DNA from: an uncultured Actinomycetota bacterium
GTDB taxonomy: Bacteria; Actinomycetota; Actinomycetes; Propionibacteriales; Nocardioidaceae
Assembly: GCA_963782035.1 (NCBI GenBank)
Contig: CAWAIW010000014.1
Location: 178,293 to 242,292, forward strand
Length of the DNA: 64,000 nt
Direction: 5' to 3'
The translations under genes and the position numbers were made by a program. Below the pieces are notes generated by a model. It searched no databases. It was not told the DNA's origin and was given only the letters and a program-made list of their open reading frames with translations. Every line of letters starts with the position of its first letter. Positions within the stretch are counted from its first letter, which is position 1. This document shows positions 51,648 through 62,493 of the stretch, piece by piece.

Positions 51648-52504
51648 CGCGCACCCGCCCGCTCGCGGCGCAGCATCCGCCGGCCCAGCCAGTCGGTGAA
51701 GCGCGCGAGCGGGATGGTCAGCGCCACGAAGAGCACGGCCACCACGACGTACGGCGTGTAGTTGAAGTTGTACGACGCGTAGTCGCGCGCCGTGAACAGC
51801 GCCTCGAAGACGAAGATCGAGGACAGCAGCGCGGTGTCCTTCTGCAGGGACACGAAGTCGTTGAGCAGCGGCGGGGCCACCCGACGGGTGGCCTGGGGCA
51901 GGACGACGTACCGCATCGCCTGCCCGTGCGAGAGCCCGAGCGCGTCGGCGCTGGCCACCTGGGACGGGTGGATCGAGTCGATGCCGGAGCGGAAGACCTC
52001 GGCGACGTACGCGCCGTACGACAGCACCAGCGCTCCGCAGCCGAGCCAGAACGTGTCCGTCGTGACGCCCTGGAGCTGGAGCGCCGGGATGCCGAAGCCG
52101 GCGAAGGCGACCACCAGCAGGGTCGGCATGCCCCGGAACAGGTCGGTGTAGAAGACGGCGAGCAACCGCACCGGGAACATGGCGGCCGAGGTGGTCGAGC
52201 GCACCACGGCCACGGCCGCCCCGAGGACGAGGATCAGCGGCTCGGCGACCAGGAACAGCAGGACGTTCTTGCCGAAGCCCTTGAGCACATCGGGGAACGA
52301 CGCCTTCGCGTCCTCCCACGAGAAGAAGAACTCCTTCACGCGCGGCCAGCCGGGCGAGGACGTGATGAGCACGACGAGCAGCCCGAGGACGACGACCGTG
52401 GCGACCGTGGCAGTCAGCGCGGACCGGCGCCGGAGCCGCCGGCGCAGCGCGTCCCGCTCGACCTGGCGCGCGCTCGGTGACCAGTCGGCCTCGGTCGGCG
52501 GCAT
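51644..52504 (-). CDS. Polar amino-acid ABC permease
   Basis: FRGMP, AYVAEVFRSG, VVLPQA, KDTAL. Confidence 0.9.
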   Translation of the reverse strand: MPPTEADWSPSARQVERDALRRRLRRRSALTATVATVVVLGLLVVLITSSPGWPRVKEFFFSWEDAKASFPDVLKGFGKNVLLFLVAEPLILVLGAAVAVVRSTTSAAMFPVRLLAVFYTDLFRGMPTLLVVAFAGFGIPALQLQGVTTDTFWLGCGALVLSYGAYVAEVFRSGIDSIHPSQVASADALGLSHGQAMRYVVLPQATRRVAPPLLNDFVSLQKDTALLSSIFVFEALFTARDYASYNFNYTPYVVVAVLFVALTIPLARFTDWLGRRMLRRERAGAR

Positions 52505-52507
52505 CCG

Positions 52508-53413
52508 CTACGGGGTGAGCTCGGGGACGTCCGCCACCTGGCTGAGCCAGCGCTGCTCGATCGAGTCGAGGGTGCCGTCCTCACGCAGCGCGGCGAGGGC
52601 GTCGTTCACGCACGGCACCAGGGGCGAGCCCTTCTCGAAGAGCATGCCGAACTCCTCCTGCTTGCCGCTCTCCGGCTGGAACTGGCCCACGATCGTGCCC
52701 TTCGAGAGCTCGGCCGCGACGATGTAGAAGGCCGTCGGCAGGTCGACGAGGATCGCGTCCACCTGACCCTGCTGCAGCGCCTGCGTGGCGCCGGCCGTGT
52801 CCTCGAACACCACCGGGTCGGAGTCGGGCTGGATCAGGTCGCGGATCGCGGTGAGCGAGGTGGTGGCCGTCTGCGCGCCGATCTTCAGGCCCTTGAGGTC
52901 CGCCAGCGAGGTGACCCCGTCGGCCGGCGAGCCCTTCAGCGTCACCACCGCCTGCGCGGCGGAGTAGTAGCCGTCGGAGAAGTCCACGACCTGGGCCCGC
53001 TGGGCGGTGATGGAGATCTGGTTGATGTCGAAGTCGAACCGGCCCTGCTTGCCGGGCGCGAACGACGAGTTGAACGGCACCTTGGTCCACTGGACCTGGT
53101 CGCCGGTGAAGCCGAGCTTCTCGGCGACGGCGTACGCGACCGCGGACTCGAAGCCCTCGCCGTTCGTGGGGTCGTTCTTGGCGAACCACGGGTCGTACGC
53201 CGGCGTGTCGGTGCCGATCGTCAGCGTGCCCGACGTGCGGACGGCGTCCGCGGCGCACGCCGCCGGGTCCGCGGCGGCCGACCCCGAAGCTCCGGACGAC
53301 GATTCGGTGACGCTCGGCTCGTCGGAGCTCGCCGTGGTGCTGCTGTCCACGGGGGCGCAGGCGAGGAGGAGGACGAGAGGGGCCATCCCGAGGGCCAGAC
53401 GGCGCAGTCGCAT
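52508..53413 (-). CDS. Amino-acid ABC substrate-binding lipoprotein
   Basis: Lipobox LLAC, PAYDPW, QISIT..R, FSDGY. Confidence 0.9.
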   Translation of the reverse strand: MRLRRLALGMAPLVLLLACAPVDSSTTASSDEPSVTESSSGASGSAAADPAACAADAVRTSGTLTIGTDTPAYDPWFAKNDPTNGEGFESAVAYAVAEKLGFTGDQVQWTKVPFNSSFAPGKQGRFDFDINQISITAQRAQVVDFSDGYYSAAQAVVTLKGSPADGVTSLADLKGLKIGAQTATTSLTAIRDLIQPDSDPVVFEDTAGATQALQQGQVDAILVDLPTAFYIVAAELSKGTIVGQFQPESGKQEEFGMLFEKGSPLVPCVNDALAALREDGTLDSIEQRWLSQVADVPELTP

Positions 53414-53455
53414 GCGCGCATAGTAGACCTCGCTTGCTGACTTTCGAGTCAGTGA

Positions 53456-53677
53456 TGCATCGAGTGGACCACCGCGTGGCCCCTGGGTCCGGCGCGACGG
53501 GATACCCGGTCCACCGGGGATCACGTCACTTGTGACCCGGACGTGCTGCTCCAGGCCCGACTGGACCACCCTGCCGGGTCGCAAGTGAAGGTTTCCCCGT
53601 CTGACCGGGAAACCGCGCGGCGCGCTCACCCCGCGTGGTGGTCGTGCCCGTGCATCGAGTGGACCACCGCGTGGCCC
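53456..53677. repeat. 27-bp direct repeat flanking a family C element
   Basis: TGCATCGAGTGGACCACCGCGTGGCCC at 53456-53482 and 53651-53677. Confidence 0.85.
53499..53614. repeat. Family C element, symmetric form
   Basis: Hairpin + TCACTTGTGACCCGG...CCGGGTCGCAAGTGA + hairpin. Confidence 0.8.
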
Positions 53678-54084
53678 TTGCCCCGGCCGATCATCTGGTG
53701 GTTGACCGGCACCGTGACCACGAACGCGATCGCCAGCGCGGCGGCCAGCGTCCACCAGAACAAGACCGTGCCGAGGGTCGCCGCCATCGCGCCGGGGACC
53801 AGGACCAGGAAGGCGTTGTCGACGACCTCCATCGTCAGGATCGAGACGGTGTCGGCCGCCAGCGCCGTGCTCACCGCCGCACCGACACCGAGGCCGGCGC
53901 GACGTACGGAGGTGAAGGTCAGCAGGTAGCCGAAGAAGAACGCCAGCACGATCGCCAGCACCAGGCTCGGGACCGTCGACCAGCCCCACCACGTCGCCAG
54001 CACCATGCCCAGCACCTCGCCGATCGCACAGCCGGTGAGGCAGTGCAGGGTGGCGCTGACGGCGGTCTTCCACGAGGCGTTCAC
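53626..54084 (-). CDS. DUF4396 membrane protein with His-rich tail
   Basis: ATLHCLTGCAIGE, ADTVSILTME, PVN, GKGHAVVH. Confidence 0.85.
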   Translation of the reverse strand: MNASWKTAVSATLHCLTGCAIGEVLGMVLATWWGWSTVPSLVLAIVLAFFFGYLLTFTSVRRAGLGVGAAVSTALAADTVSILTMEVVDNAFLVLVPGAMAATLGTVLFWWTLAAALAIAFVVTVPVNHQMIGRGKGHAVVHSMHGHDHHAG

Positions 54085-54096
54085 ACCATGGACGCT

Positions 54097-54113
54097 ATAC
54101 CCCATGGGGGTAT
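54097..54113. promoter_or_regulatory. CsoR-type operator overlapping promoter of DUF4396 gene
   Basis: Perfect ATACCCC-N3-GGGGTAT; TAGCGT -10 seven bp before GTG. Confidence 0.7.
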
Positions 54114-54177
54114 CTGGCCAAGAGCGGGTGAGGCGATTCACGTTGCCTGTTACCGGCGAGTAGGGTCCACTGGCCGC

Positions 54178-56224
54178 GTGAGCCCGTACCCACGCCTGCT
54201 CGAGCCCGTCACCCTCGGCGACCTGACGTTGCGCAACCGCGTCGTGATGGGGTCGATGCACACCGGCCTCGAGGACCACCCGTGGGACCTGCCCAAGCTG
54301 ACGGCGTACGCCGCCGAGCGCGCCCGCGGAGGGGTCGGGCTGATCATCACCGGCGGCTTCTCGCCCACCAAGCGCGGCTGGCTCAAGCCGTTCGCCGCCG
54401 AGATGACCACGCGCCTCCAGGCGATGCGCCACCGCGACCTCACCGACGCCGTCCACGCCGAGGGCGGCGCGATCGCGATGCAGGTGCTGCACGCGGGGCG
54501 CTACGCCTACCACCCGTTCAGCGTCGCCCCGTCGAGCAAGAAGTCGCCGATCACGCCGTTCCGCCCCAGCGCCCTGTCGACGAAGGGGGTCGACGACACC
54601 GCGTCCGCGTTCGCGAGCTCGGTCGCCCTGGCGCGGAAGGCGGGGTACGACGGGGTCGAGATCATGGGCTCGGAGGGCTACCTGGTCAACCAGTTCCTCG
54701 CCCGGCGCACCAACGACCGCACCGACCACTGGGGCGGCTCGGCGCGCAACCGGATGCGCTTCGCCGTCGAGGTGGTGCGCCGGTCGCGCGACGTCGTCCC
54801 CGAGGGCTTCCCGATCATCTACCGCCTCTCGCTGCTCGACCTCGTCGAGGACGGCCAGACGTGGGAGGAGGTCGTCGAGCTCGCCCACCTGCTCGAGGAC
54901 GCCGGCGTCACACTGCTCAACACCGGCATCGGCTGGCACGAGGCCCGCGTCCCCACGATCATCACCCAGGTGCCGCCGGGCGCCTGGCGGTCCCTGACCG
55001 CACGGCTCAAGGCCGAGGTCTCGGTGCCGGTGTGCGCGTCGAACCGGATCAGCTCCCCCGACATGGCCGAGGAGATCCTCGCCACCGGCGGCGCCGACCT
55101 CGTCTCGATGGCCCGGCCGCTGCTGGCGGACCCGCTGTTCGTCGAGAAGGCCGCCGCCGGTCGCGCCGACGAGATCAACACGTGCATCGCCTGCAACCAG
55201 GCCTGCCTGGACCACGTGTTCGCCAACAAGCACGCCACCTGCCTGGTCAACCCGCGCGCCGGGCGCGAGACGTCGCTCGTCCTGCTCCCGCTGCCTCCGG
55301 TCCCCGCCCCTCGCCCGCGCGTCGCGGTCGTGGGTGCCGGGCCGGCCGGGCTCTCCGCCGCGGTCTCGGCGGCCGAGCGGGGCTTCGACGTCACGCTCTT
55401 CGAGAAGTCCGACGCGATCGGCGGCCAGTTCCGGCTGGCGATGGCCGTGCCCGGCAAGGAGGACTTCGCCGAGACCCTGCGCTACTACGGCCGCCGGCTC
55501 GAGGTCCTCGGCGTCACCGTGCGCCTCGGCACCGAGGCCTCGCCTGGCGGACCTGGCGAGGTACGACGACGTGATCGTCGCGACCGGTGTCCTGCCGCGG
55601 ATCCCCGAGCTGGACGGCATCGACCACCCGAGCGTGGCGTCGTACGCCGACGTGCTCGCCGGCCGCGTCGTGCCCGGCCGCCACGTGGCCGTGATCGGGG
55701 CGGGCGGCATCGGTGTGGACGTCGCGACCTTCCTCGTCCACGACCCTGCCGACGGCTTCGACGACTGGATGGCGCACTGGGGCGTCGGCGACCCGGCCGT
55801 CCATCCCGGCGGCGTGACCGAGCCCAAGCCGCGCACCCCGCAGCGCGAGGTCACCCTTCTCCAGCGCAAGCGCACTCCGATCGGCGCCGGCCTCGGCAAG
55901 ACCTCCGGCTGGGCGCACCGCGCCGTGCTGAAGCAGTCCGGCGTGCAGCTCGTCAGCGGCGTCACCTACGACCGCGTCGACGACGACGGCCTGCACGTCA
56001 CCGTCGACGGCGAGCCCGCGACGTACGCCGTGGACACCGTCGTCGTCTGCGCGGGGCAGGAGTCGGTGCGGGGGTTGTACGACGAGCTGGTGAGTACGGG
56101 CAACACCGAGGGCCGCTGGCTCATCGGCGGCGCCGACGTGGCCGCCGAGCTCGACGCCCAGCGGGCCATCGAGCAGGGCACCCGGGTCGGCCGGGCTCTG
56201 ACGGGCCCACGGGTCGCTGGTTGA
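54178..56224 (+). CDS. fadH: 2,4-dienoyl-CoA reductase (frameshift ~55545)
   Basis: MGSMHTGLE, GSEGYL, GIGWHE, CIACNQACLDH..CLVNP, LGKTSGW. Confidence 0.9.
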
Positions 56225-56315
56225 GGAAGGGACGAAGTCCCGCACGAACAGCGACTGACCGCCGACCTCTCACCGGGTCTCGTGACGGTCGCTGCGCGAC
56301 CTCCTCGACCAGCGG
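56215..56315. repeat. Family A inverted dimer between convergent genes
   Basis: Left unit decayed, linker GACCTCTCACCGGG, right unit intact. Confidence 0.85.
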
Positions 56316-57239
56316 TCAGCGAATCAGGCCGGCCTTCTTGCCGAGCTTCTCGGCGAGCTCGGCGGGGTCGAGGGTGCCGGCGAGGATGCGGGAGGTGGCC
56401 CAGCGCGAGGTGTCGATGCCCGAGAGCTTCTCGAACAGCGGGAGGTCGGGCTGGAAGCGCTCGGCGAGGCGGAGCATGTCGTCGGCCATCGGCGGGCGGG
56501 CGTCGACGTCGGGGCTGGCGTTCTTGGCCTGCGGCGCCGGCGGCTCCACGAACTTCCCGATGTCCAGGAAGTCAGTGAGGGTGTCGAGCAGGGTGTCGCG
56601 GTCGGTCACCACGTCGACGAAGTCGAGCAGCAGCCAGCGCGAGCGGTCGGGGTAGATCTCGAAGGCCCTCTCGAGCTGCTGACCGTAGAGGCCGCGGGCG
56701 GCCAGGGCCCGCTTGCGCAGGTCACCGGGCTGCCAGCCGTCGGGCACACCGTTCGGGATCGTCTCGAAGGTGTCCTGCGCGATCGCCTGGGCGAACTGGG
56801 GGAAGCCCTCGTGGCGGGCGTAGTCCATCTGCCACTGCGAGAACGCCCGCTCGATCGGGTCCCGGAAGCTGGCGATGATCTTCATGTCCGGGTCGTAGTC
56901 GCGCATCCGCTTCAGGGCGCCGGGCCAGAACAGGTAGGCCGGGGTGTAGTCGCCGGCGATCTTCTGCCGGGGCGTGCGCCGCGGGGAGTTGTACGCCGAG
57001 TAGTCGGGGTTCTCCCAGTCGAGGAAGTCCTTGTCGAAGAAGTGGCGCTCCTTGCGCTCGCCGCGCGCGACGTGGCGGTGGCGCAGCAGGTAGAACGCGA
57101 TCGTGCTGGTCGCGGCCTTCTGGACGCCGACCAGGGCGAAGGTGATGGGCAGCGTGCCCTGGCCCGCGTCGTGCCCTGCGTCCGGGCCGTCCGTCGCGTG
57201 GGTATGAGAGGCGCCTGCGTGGTGTGGCTGGACACTCAT
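56316..57239 (-). CDS. PAPS-dependent sulfotransferase
   Basis: GVQKAATS (5'PSB), KERHFF, TPAY, RDPIERAFS (3'PB). Confidence 0.85.
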   Translation of the reverse strand: MSVQPHHAGASHTHATDGPDAGHDAGQGTLPITFALVGVQKAATSTIAFYLLRHRHVARGERKERHFFDKDFLDWENPDYSAYNSPRRTPRQKIAGDYTPAYLFWPGALKRMRDYDPDMKIIASFRDPIERAFSQWQMDYARHEGFPQFAQAIAQDTFETIPNGVPDGWQPGDLRKRALAARGLYGQQLERAFEIYPDRSRWLLLDFVDVVTDRDTLLDTLTDFLDIGKFVEPPAPQAKNASPDVDARPPMADDMLRLAERFQPDLPLFEKLSGIDTSRWATSRILAGTLDPAELAEKLGKKAGLIR

Positions 57240-57358
57240 GTGTCCGAGCACCTCCCTGGGTTCGCATCTGAGGCCGATCGATCGCCGGTCAGTCTCTCAC
57301 AGAGACGCCCCGCGACCGCCTTCGGTTCGCCCCGGGGGCCTGCCGGTAACGTGCCCGC

Positions 57359-58501
57359 GTGAGCCTGATCCGCGACCTCACCGACGAGGAGGCCCGGGCC
57401 GCGCTGCCGCAGAAGTGGGGCTCGGTCGAGCCCGGCGTGATCCCGGCCTACATCGCCGAGATGGACTTCGCGCCCGCCCCGGTGGTCTGCGACGCGGTGG
57501 TGGACGCCGTACGCCGCGGGGTGACCGGCTACCCACCCCAGGGCGACGGCGGCGTCGGCGCGGCCTTCGCATCGTTCGCCGAGCGGCACTGGGGCTGGGC
57601 TCCGCCGGACGACGCGACCGTCGTCACCGGCGACGTGCTCGGCGGCATCCGCCTGGTGCTCGACGTGCTGTGCCCGCCGGGGCCGGTCGCGGTGCCGATG
57701 CCGTGCTACCCGCCGTTCCGGGACCTGGTGGCCGTCGCCGGACGCGACCTCGTGCCGGTGCTGACCGACCCGGACGCCGACGTGGCCACCATGGACCTCG
57801 ACGGTCTGGAGAGCGCCTTCGCCGGTGGCGCGCGGACGCTGCTGCTCTGCAGCCCGCACAACCCGCTGGGTCGCGCCTGGAGCCGCCAGGAGCTTGAGGA
57901 CGTGCGGGACGTGGCCGCCCGGTACGACGTCCGCGTCGTCGCCGACGAGATCCACGCGCCGCTCGTGCTCCCGGGCGCGACGTTCACGCCGTACCTCGCC
58001 GTCGACCCGGGGGCGGTCGTGGTCACCGCCCCGTCGAAGGCCTTCAACACCCCGGGCCTGCACTGCGGACTGGTCGTGGCCCCCGACCCGCGCGACCTCG
58101 AGCGGCTGCGGTCGGCGCCGCTGCCGATGAACCACTCGTACTCTCCGCTCGGGATGCTCGCGGCCGTCGCGGCCTACACCAACGGTGACGACTGGGTCGC
58201 GGCTCTTGTCCAGCGGCTCGACGAGCAGCGCACGCTGCTCGCCACGCTGCTGGCCGAGCGGCTGCCGCTCGCGCGGATGCGGCCGCTGGAGGCGACGTAC
58301 CTCCCGTGGCTGGACCTGCGGGCCTACGGCATCGACGACCTCGAGGCGCCGGCCCTGGCCCACGGCCTCAAGCTGGCTCCGGGGCAGAGCTTCCAGCCCG
58401 GACTGCCCGGCCACACCCGCCTCAACCTGGCCACCTCGCCGGCGCGGCTGACCGCGATGGTCGAGCGCCTCGCTTCGGCGGTGGGGGCGACCTCCTCCTA
58501 G
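57359..58501 (+). CDS. MalY/PatB PLP-dependent enzyme
   Basis: AEMDF, CSPHNPLG, DEIH, SKAFN, TYLPWLD. Confidence 0.9.
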   Translation: MSLIRDLTDEEARAALPQKWGSVEPGVIPAYIAEMDFAPAPVVCDAVVDAVRRGVTGYPPQGDGGVGAAFASFAERHWGWAPPDDATVVTGDVLGGIRLVLDVLCPPGPVAVPMPCYPPFRDLVAVAGRDLVPVLTDPDADVATMDLDGLESAFAGGARTLLLCSPHNPLGRAWSRQELEDVRDVAARYDVRVVADEIHAPLVLPGATFTPYLAVDPGAVVVTAPSKAFNTPGLHCGLVVAPDPRDLERLRSAPLPMNHSYSPLGMLAAVAAYTNGDDWVAALVQRLDEQRTLLATLLAERLPLARMRPLEATYLPWLDLRAYGIDDLEAPALAHGLKLAPGQSFQPGLPGHTRLNLATSPARLTAMVERLASAVGATSS

Positions 58502-58510
58502 GGTGATCCC

Positions 58511-59825
58511 GTGAGGACGACGACCATCGGCTGCGGGTACCTCGGCTCCACGCACTCCGCGTGCATGGCCGAGCTGGGGTACGACGTGCTCGGCCTCGAG
58601 GTGGACCCGGCCAAGCTCGAGCTCCTCCGACAGGGCATCGCCCCGGTGTACGAGCCCGGCCTGTCGGAGATGCTGCCCGCCACGTCGAGTCCGGCCGGCT
58701 GCGGTTCACCGACTCCTACGAGGAGGCCGCCGAGTTCGGCGAGATCCACTTCCTCTGCCTCGGCACGCCGCAGTCCCGCGACGGGCTGGGCGCGGACACC
58801 AGCCAGGTCGAGTACGCCGTCGAGCACCTCGCGCCGTACCTCACCGGCTCGCCCATCCTCGTCGGCAAGTCCACGGTGCCGGTGGGCACCGCCCAGCGGA
58901 TGGCCGCGGTGCTCGACGCCCTCACACCGGACGGCGTGGACGCGGACCTGGCCTGGAACCCGGAGTTCCTGCGCGAGGCGCACGCCGTCGAGGACACGCT
59001 GCGCCCGGACCGCATCGTGTTCGGCGTGCGGTCGGAGCGCGACCGAGAAGCGGCTGCGGGAGTTCTTCGCCCCGGTCATCGACCACGGCATGCCGGTGGT
59101 CGTGACCGACTACCCGACCGCCGAGCTGGTCAAGGTCACCGCGAACTCCTTCCTGGCCACCAAGATCTCCTTCATCAACGCCGTGGCCGAGGTCTGCGAG
59201 GCGGCCGGCGCGGACGTGATGGCGCTCTCGGAGGCCATCGGCTACGACGACCGCATCGGCCGCAAGATGCTCGGTTCCGGGCGTCGGGTTCGGCGGCGGC
59301 TGCCTGCCCAAGGACCTGCGGGCCTTCCAGCACCGGGCCGGCGAGCTCGGCGTCGAGGACCTGATGAGCCTGCTCGGCCAGGTCGACGCGATCAACCAGC
59401 ACCAGCGCGAGCGCGCCGTGCAGATCGCCTCCAGCATGATCGGCGGCCCGCTGGACGGGGCGCGGATCGCGGTGTGGGGTGCGGCCTTCAAGCCCGGCAC
59501 CGACGACGTCCGCGACTCGCCGGCCCTCACGATCGCCGGCCAGCTGCACCTGCGCGGCGCCGAGGTCACGATCCACGACCCGAAGGCCGGCGACACCGCG
59601 CGGGCGGCGTTCCCGACGATGCGCTACGCCGACGACCCGGTCGAGGCCTGCCGCGACGCCGACCTCGTCATGCACATGACCGAGTGGCCGCAGTTCCGCG
59701 AGGTCGACATCGAGGCCGTCTCCGCGATCGTCGCCCGCAAGCAGCTCCTCGACGGCCGCAACATCCTCGACCTGTCCGCCTGGCGCGACGCCGGCTGGAC
59801 CGCCCGCGGCCTCGGCCGCCACTGA
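58511..59825 (+). CDS. UDP-glucose/GDP-mannose dehydrogenase (several frameshifts)
   Basis: GCGYLG, KSTVP, NPEFLRE, KISFIN, GGGCLPKD, FKPGTDD, DGRN across frames. Confidence 0.85.
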
Positions 59826-59828
59826 CCT

Positions 59829-59984
59829 CCGCGAGTCGGCGCTAGTTGCCCTCCTGCTACGTGGCGCTAGTGCCGACGCCGAGTCGGCGCTAGTTGCCCC
59901 GGGAAGCACGTCGAGTCGGCGCGAGCTGCCGGCAACTAGCGCCGACTCGGCGGTCTCGTCGCGGCAACTAGCGCCGACTCGCGG
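59829..59984. repeat. Family B inverted-repeat element
   Basis: 22-bp perfect TIR CCGCGAGTCGGCGCTAGTTGCC; internal core copies. Confidence 0.85.
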
Positions 59985-61561
59985 TCCGGGGCGGTCTTCC
60001 TCGTCGACCTCGAGCAGGCGGCTGGGGGCGAAGCCGGGGCGGATCTCGGCGACGCGGGCGGGGTCGAGGAGGTAGTCGTCGTCGACCTGCCAGGTGTGGC
60101 CGGTGGCGTTGCGGCGCAGCAGGTAGCCCAGGCCGTGGGTGCGGTACGTCGCGGCGCCGGCCCGCTGGACCGCGGCGATGAGCTGGGCGTCGACGTAGCT
60201 GCGCACGGACCGGAAGCCGCCCACCTCGCGGAGCAGGCCGCGCTCGACGAGCATGGTGCCGCCGGCGACGAACGGCGCGTAGAGCTCGGTCTGGTGGCCG
60301 CGCCGGACGGTGACGTCCTTCTCGGCGAGGTAGTGGAACTCGGCCGGCGTGCCGACCATCTCGGCGCCGGAGTAGGCGCGGGCGAGCAGGAGGTCGGCGA
60401 CGAAGTCGCGGCCGTACCAGTCGTCGTCGTCCATCTTCAGCACCAGGTCGCCGTCGGCCGCCTCGACACCGGCGTTGAGCACGTCGCCGAACAGCACGTC
60501 GGCGGACTGCGGGCGGACGACGACGCGCTCCGGGCCGTGCTCGCGCGATCACGTCCGGGTCCGGCTCGAAGCCGTGCGCGGCCAGCACCAGCTGGACGTC
60601 GACGCCGGCCTGGCGGCGTACCTGCCGCAGCGCGAACCCGAGCATCTCCGGGCGTCTGGTCGCGAGCACGACCGAGACCGACGGCTCGGAGGCCACCCGT
60701 ACGCCGGCCAGCTCGGCCGCGCGACGACGCCAGGCCGCCGTCGAGAAGGTCGCGCAGCGCCTCGCGCCGCTGCACCACCGAGTGCTCCTCGCGGGCCACC
60801 GGGTCGGTGAGGTCGACCCGCCGTCCGGCCCACGACCGGCACGCCGGCCATCGACAGCGCGGCCACGAGCGCCGGCGTCGCCGCGACCCGATGACGCCGG
60901 CCGACGACCGCAACGACCGGACCAGCGCCTCGGTGGGGGCTGACCGCGCAGCGACGCGAGGTCGACGACCGGACCGTCGACGACGGCCTCGAAGCCGATC
61001 GGGTTGAACACCCGCTCGTCGAACGGGCCGATCGTCGTCCGAGCCGTCCACCCACCGGCGCCCGGCCCGTGACGTGGTGCTCGACAGGACGCCGGACCGG
61101 GCACGAGCACGACATCGGGCGGCACGTCGCGCTCCTCGAGAGGTACGTCGGGTCCGGAGCCGTCGTCGACGACCAGACCCCGGCGCCACCGACCGCCGGC
61201 CAGACCGACACCCGGCCCAGCTCGCGCACGACGTTGGCGGCCCGCACCGGCTGCTCGAACCGAGCGACGACGAGGTACCCGTCGCCCACCGGCTGCGACC
61301 GGAACGCCTTCATCGCCGGCCACTCCGGTCGCGCGACCAGCCCGGGCGCGGCGTCGGCCGCGGCGATCCACACCGCGACGGTCGGCGTACGCACGGCGTG
61401 CGGAAGCACGGCGGCCCGGAGCTCGGCCCGGTCGGCGACCACGACGAGCACCCGCTGGTACTTGCCCGACTCGCCGAGGACCGGACGGCGGACGTCAGCA
61501 CCAGCTGCTCGCCGCCCTGGTCGAGGAACGCCCGGACCGGCTCGGGGTAGGACTCAGACAT
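59968..61561 (-). CDS. GT-A glycosyltransferase (multiple frameshifts, ends uncertain)
   Basis: VSVVLATRRP, KMDDDDWY, VAGGTM. Confidence 0.7.
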
Positions 61562-62491
61562 CGACCGGCGCCCACGACGGCAGCCGGCGCACGAGCGGTC
61601 GTTCGGCGCTGCGGCAGCCAGCTGTTGGTGACGTGGTCGATGACGTGCACGCCGGGCGGGGCCTCGACGCGCACCAGCCCGGGCACCTCCTCGCCGCGGC
61701 CGGCGGCGAGCGCGGTGTAGACGTCCCACTCGCGGGCCTTGCGCGGCGCCCGGGCGCGGTCGAAGTCGATCCGGCCGGCCGAGCTCCAGTGCGCGAACTC
61801 GTCGGCGTCCAGCCACTTCAGCTCCACGCACAGCCCCTCCGGCGCGACGATCCGCTCGGAGGTGTCCGGGAACTCGCGCACCTCCCACTCGAAGGCCTTC
61901 ACGAACGTGAACTCCGGGCCCATCGGGTAGACCCACGGCTCGAGGAACTTGTAGCCCAGGTCGAGCCACGCCTCGGACTCGCTGACGATCGACAGCGGGT
62001 GCCGCGGGATCGCGACGACCGCGCCGGAGTCCTCGAGCTGCCAGGACAGGTCGGCGAGGTAGGCGACGCCCTCGCGGCGTCAGCACCATGTCGCCGTCCC
62101 ACTTCATCGAGTAGGTCGTGCGCACGTGCGCGAACGACCAGTTGTAGAAGTGCGTCAGCGAGTGCACGGACTGCGGCGGCGTGGTCAGGTGCTCGGTGCC
62201 GGCGCGGCTGACGCGGAAGGGGTACGTCGCCAGGGTCAGCCGGTCGGACGCGCCCGACCGAAGCCGCGACCTCGCGCGCCACCTCCAGCGTCCCGTCGTC
62301 GGACTCGTTGTCGACCAGCACGACGTGCTGCACCGCCTCGAACATCGGCGGCAGCACCCACGGCAGGTTGCGGGCCTCGTTCTTGACCCGGAAGACGCAG
62401 GTGAGACCGGGGGTGAGAGGGCCGTCGTGCCAGGGCCAGCGGACGTCGTACTCGGCGTACCCCTCCTGGCAGGCGATGTCGGCGGAGCCAT
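61558..62491 (-). CDS. GT2-like glycosyltransferase (frameshifted)
   Basis: RVKNEA, VDNESDDGT, MKWDGD; ends approximate. Confidence 0.7.
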
Positions 62492-62493
62492 CC

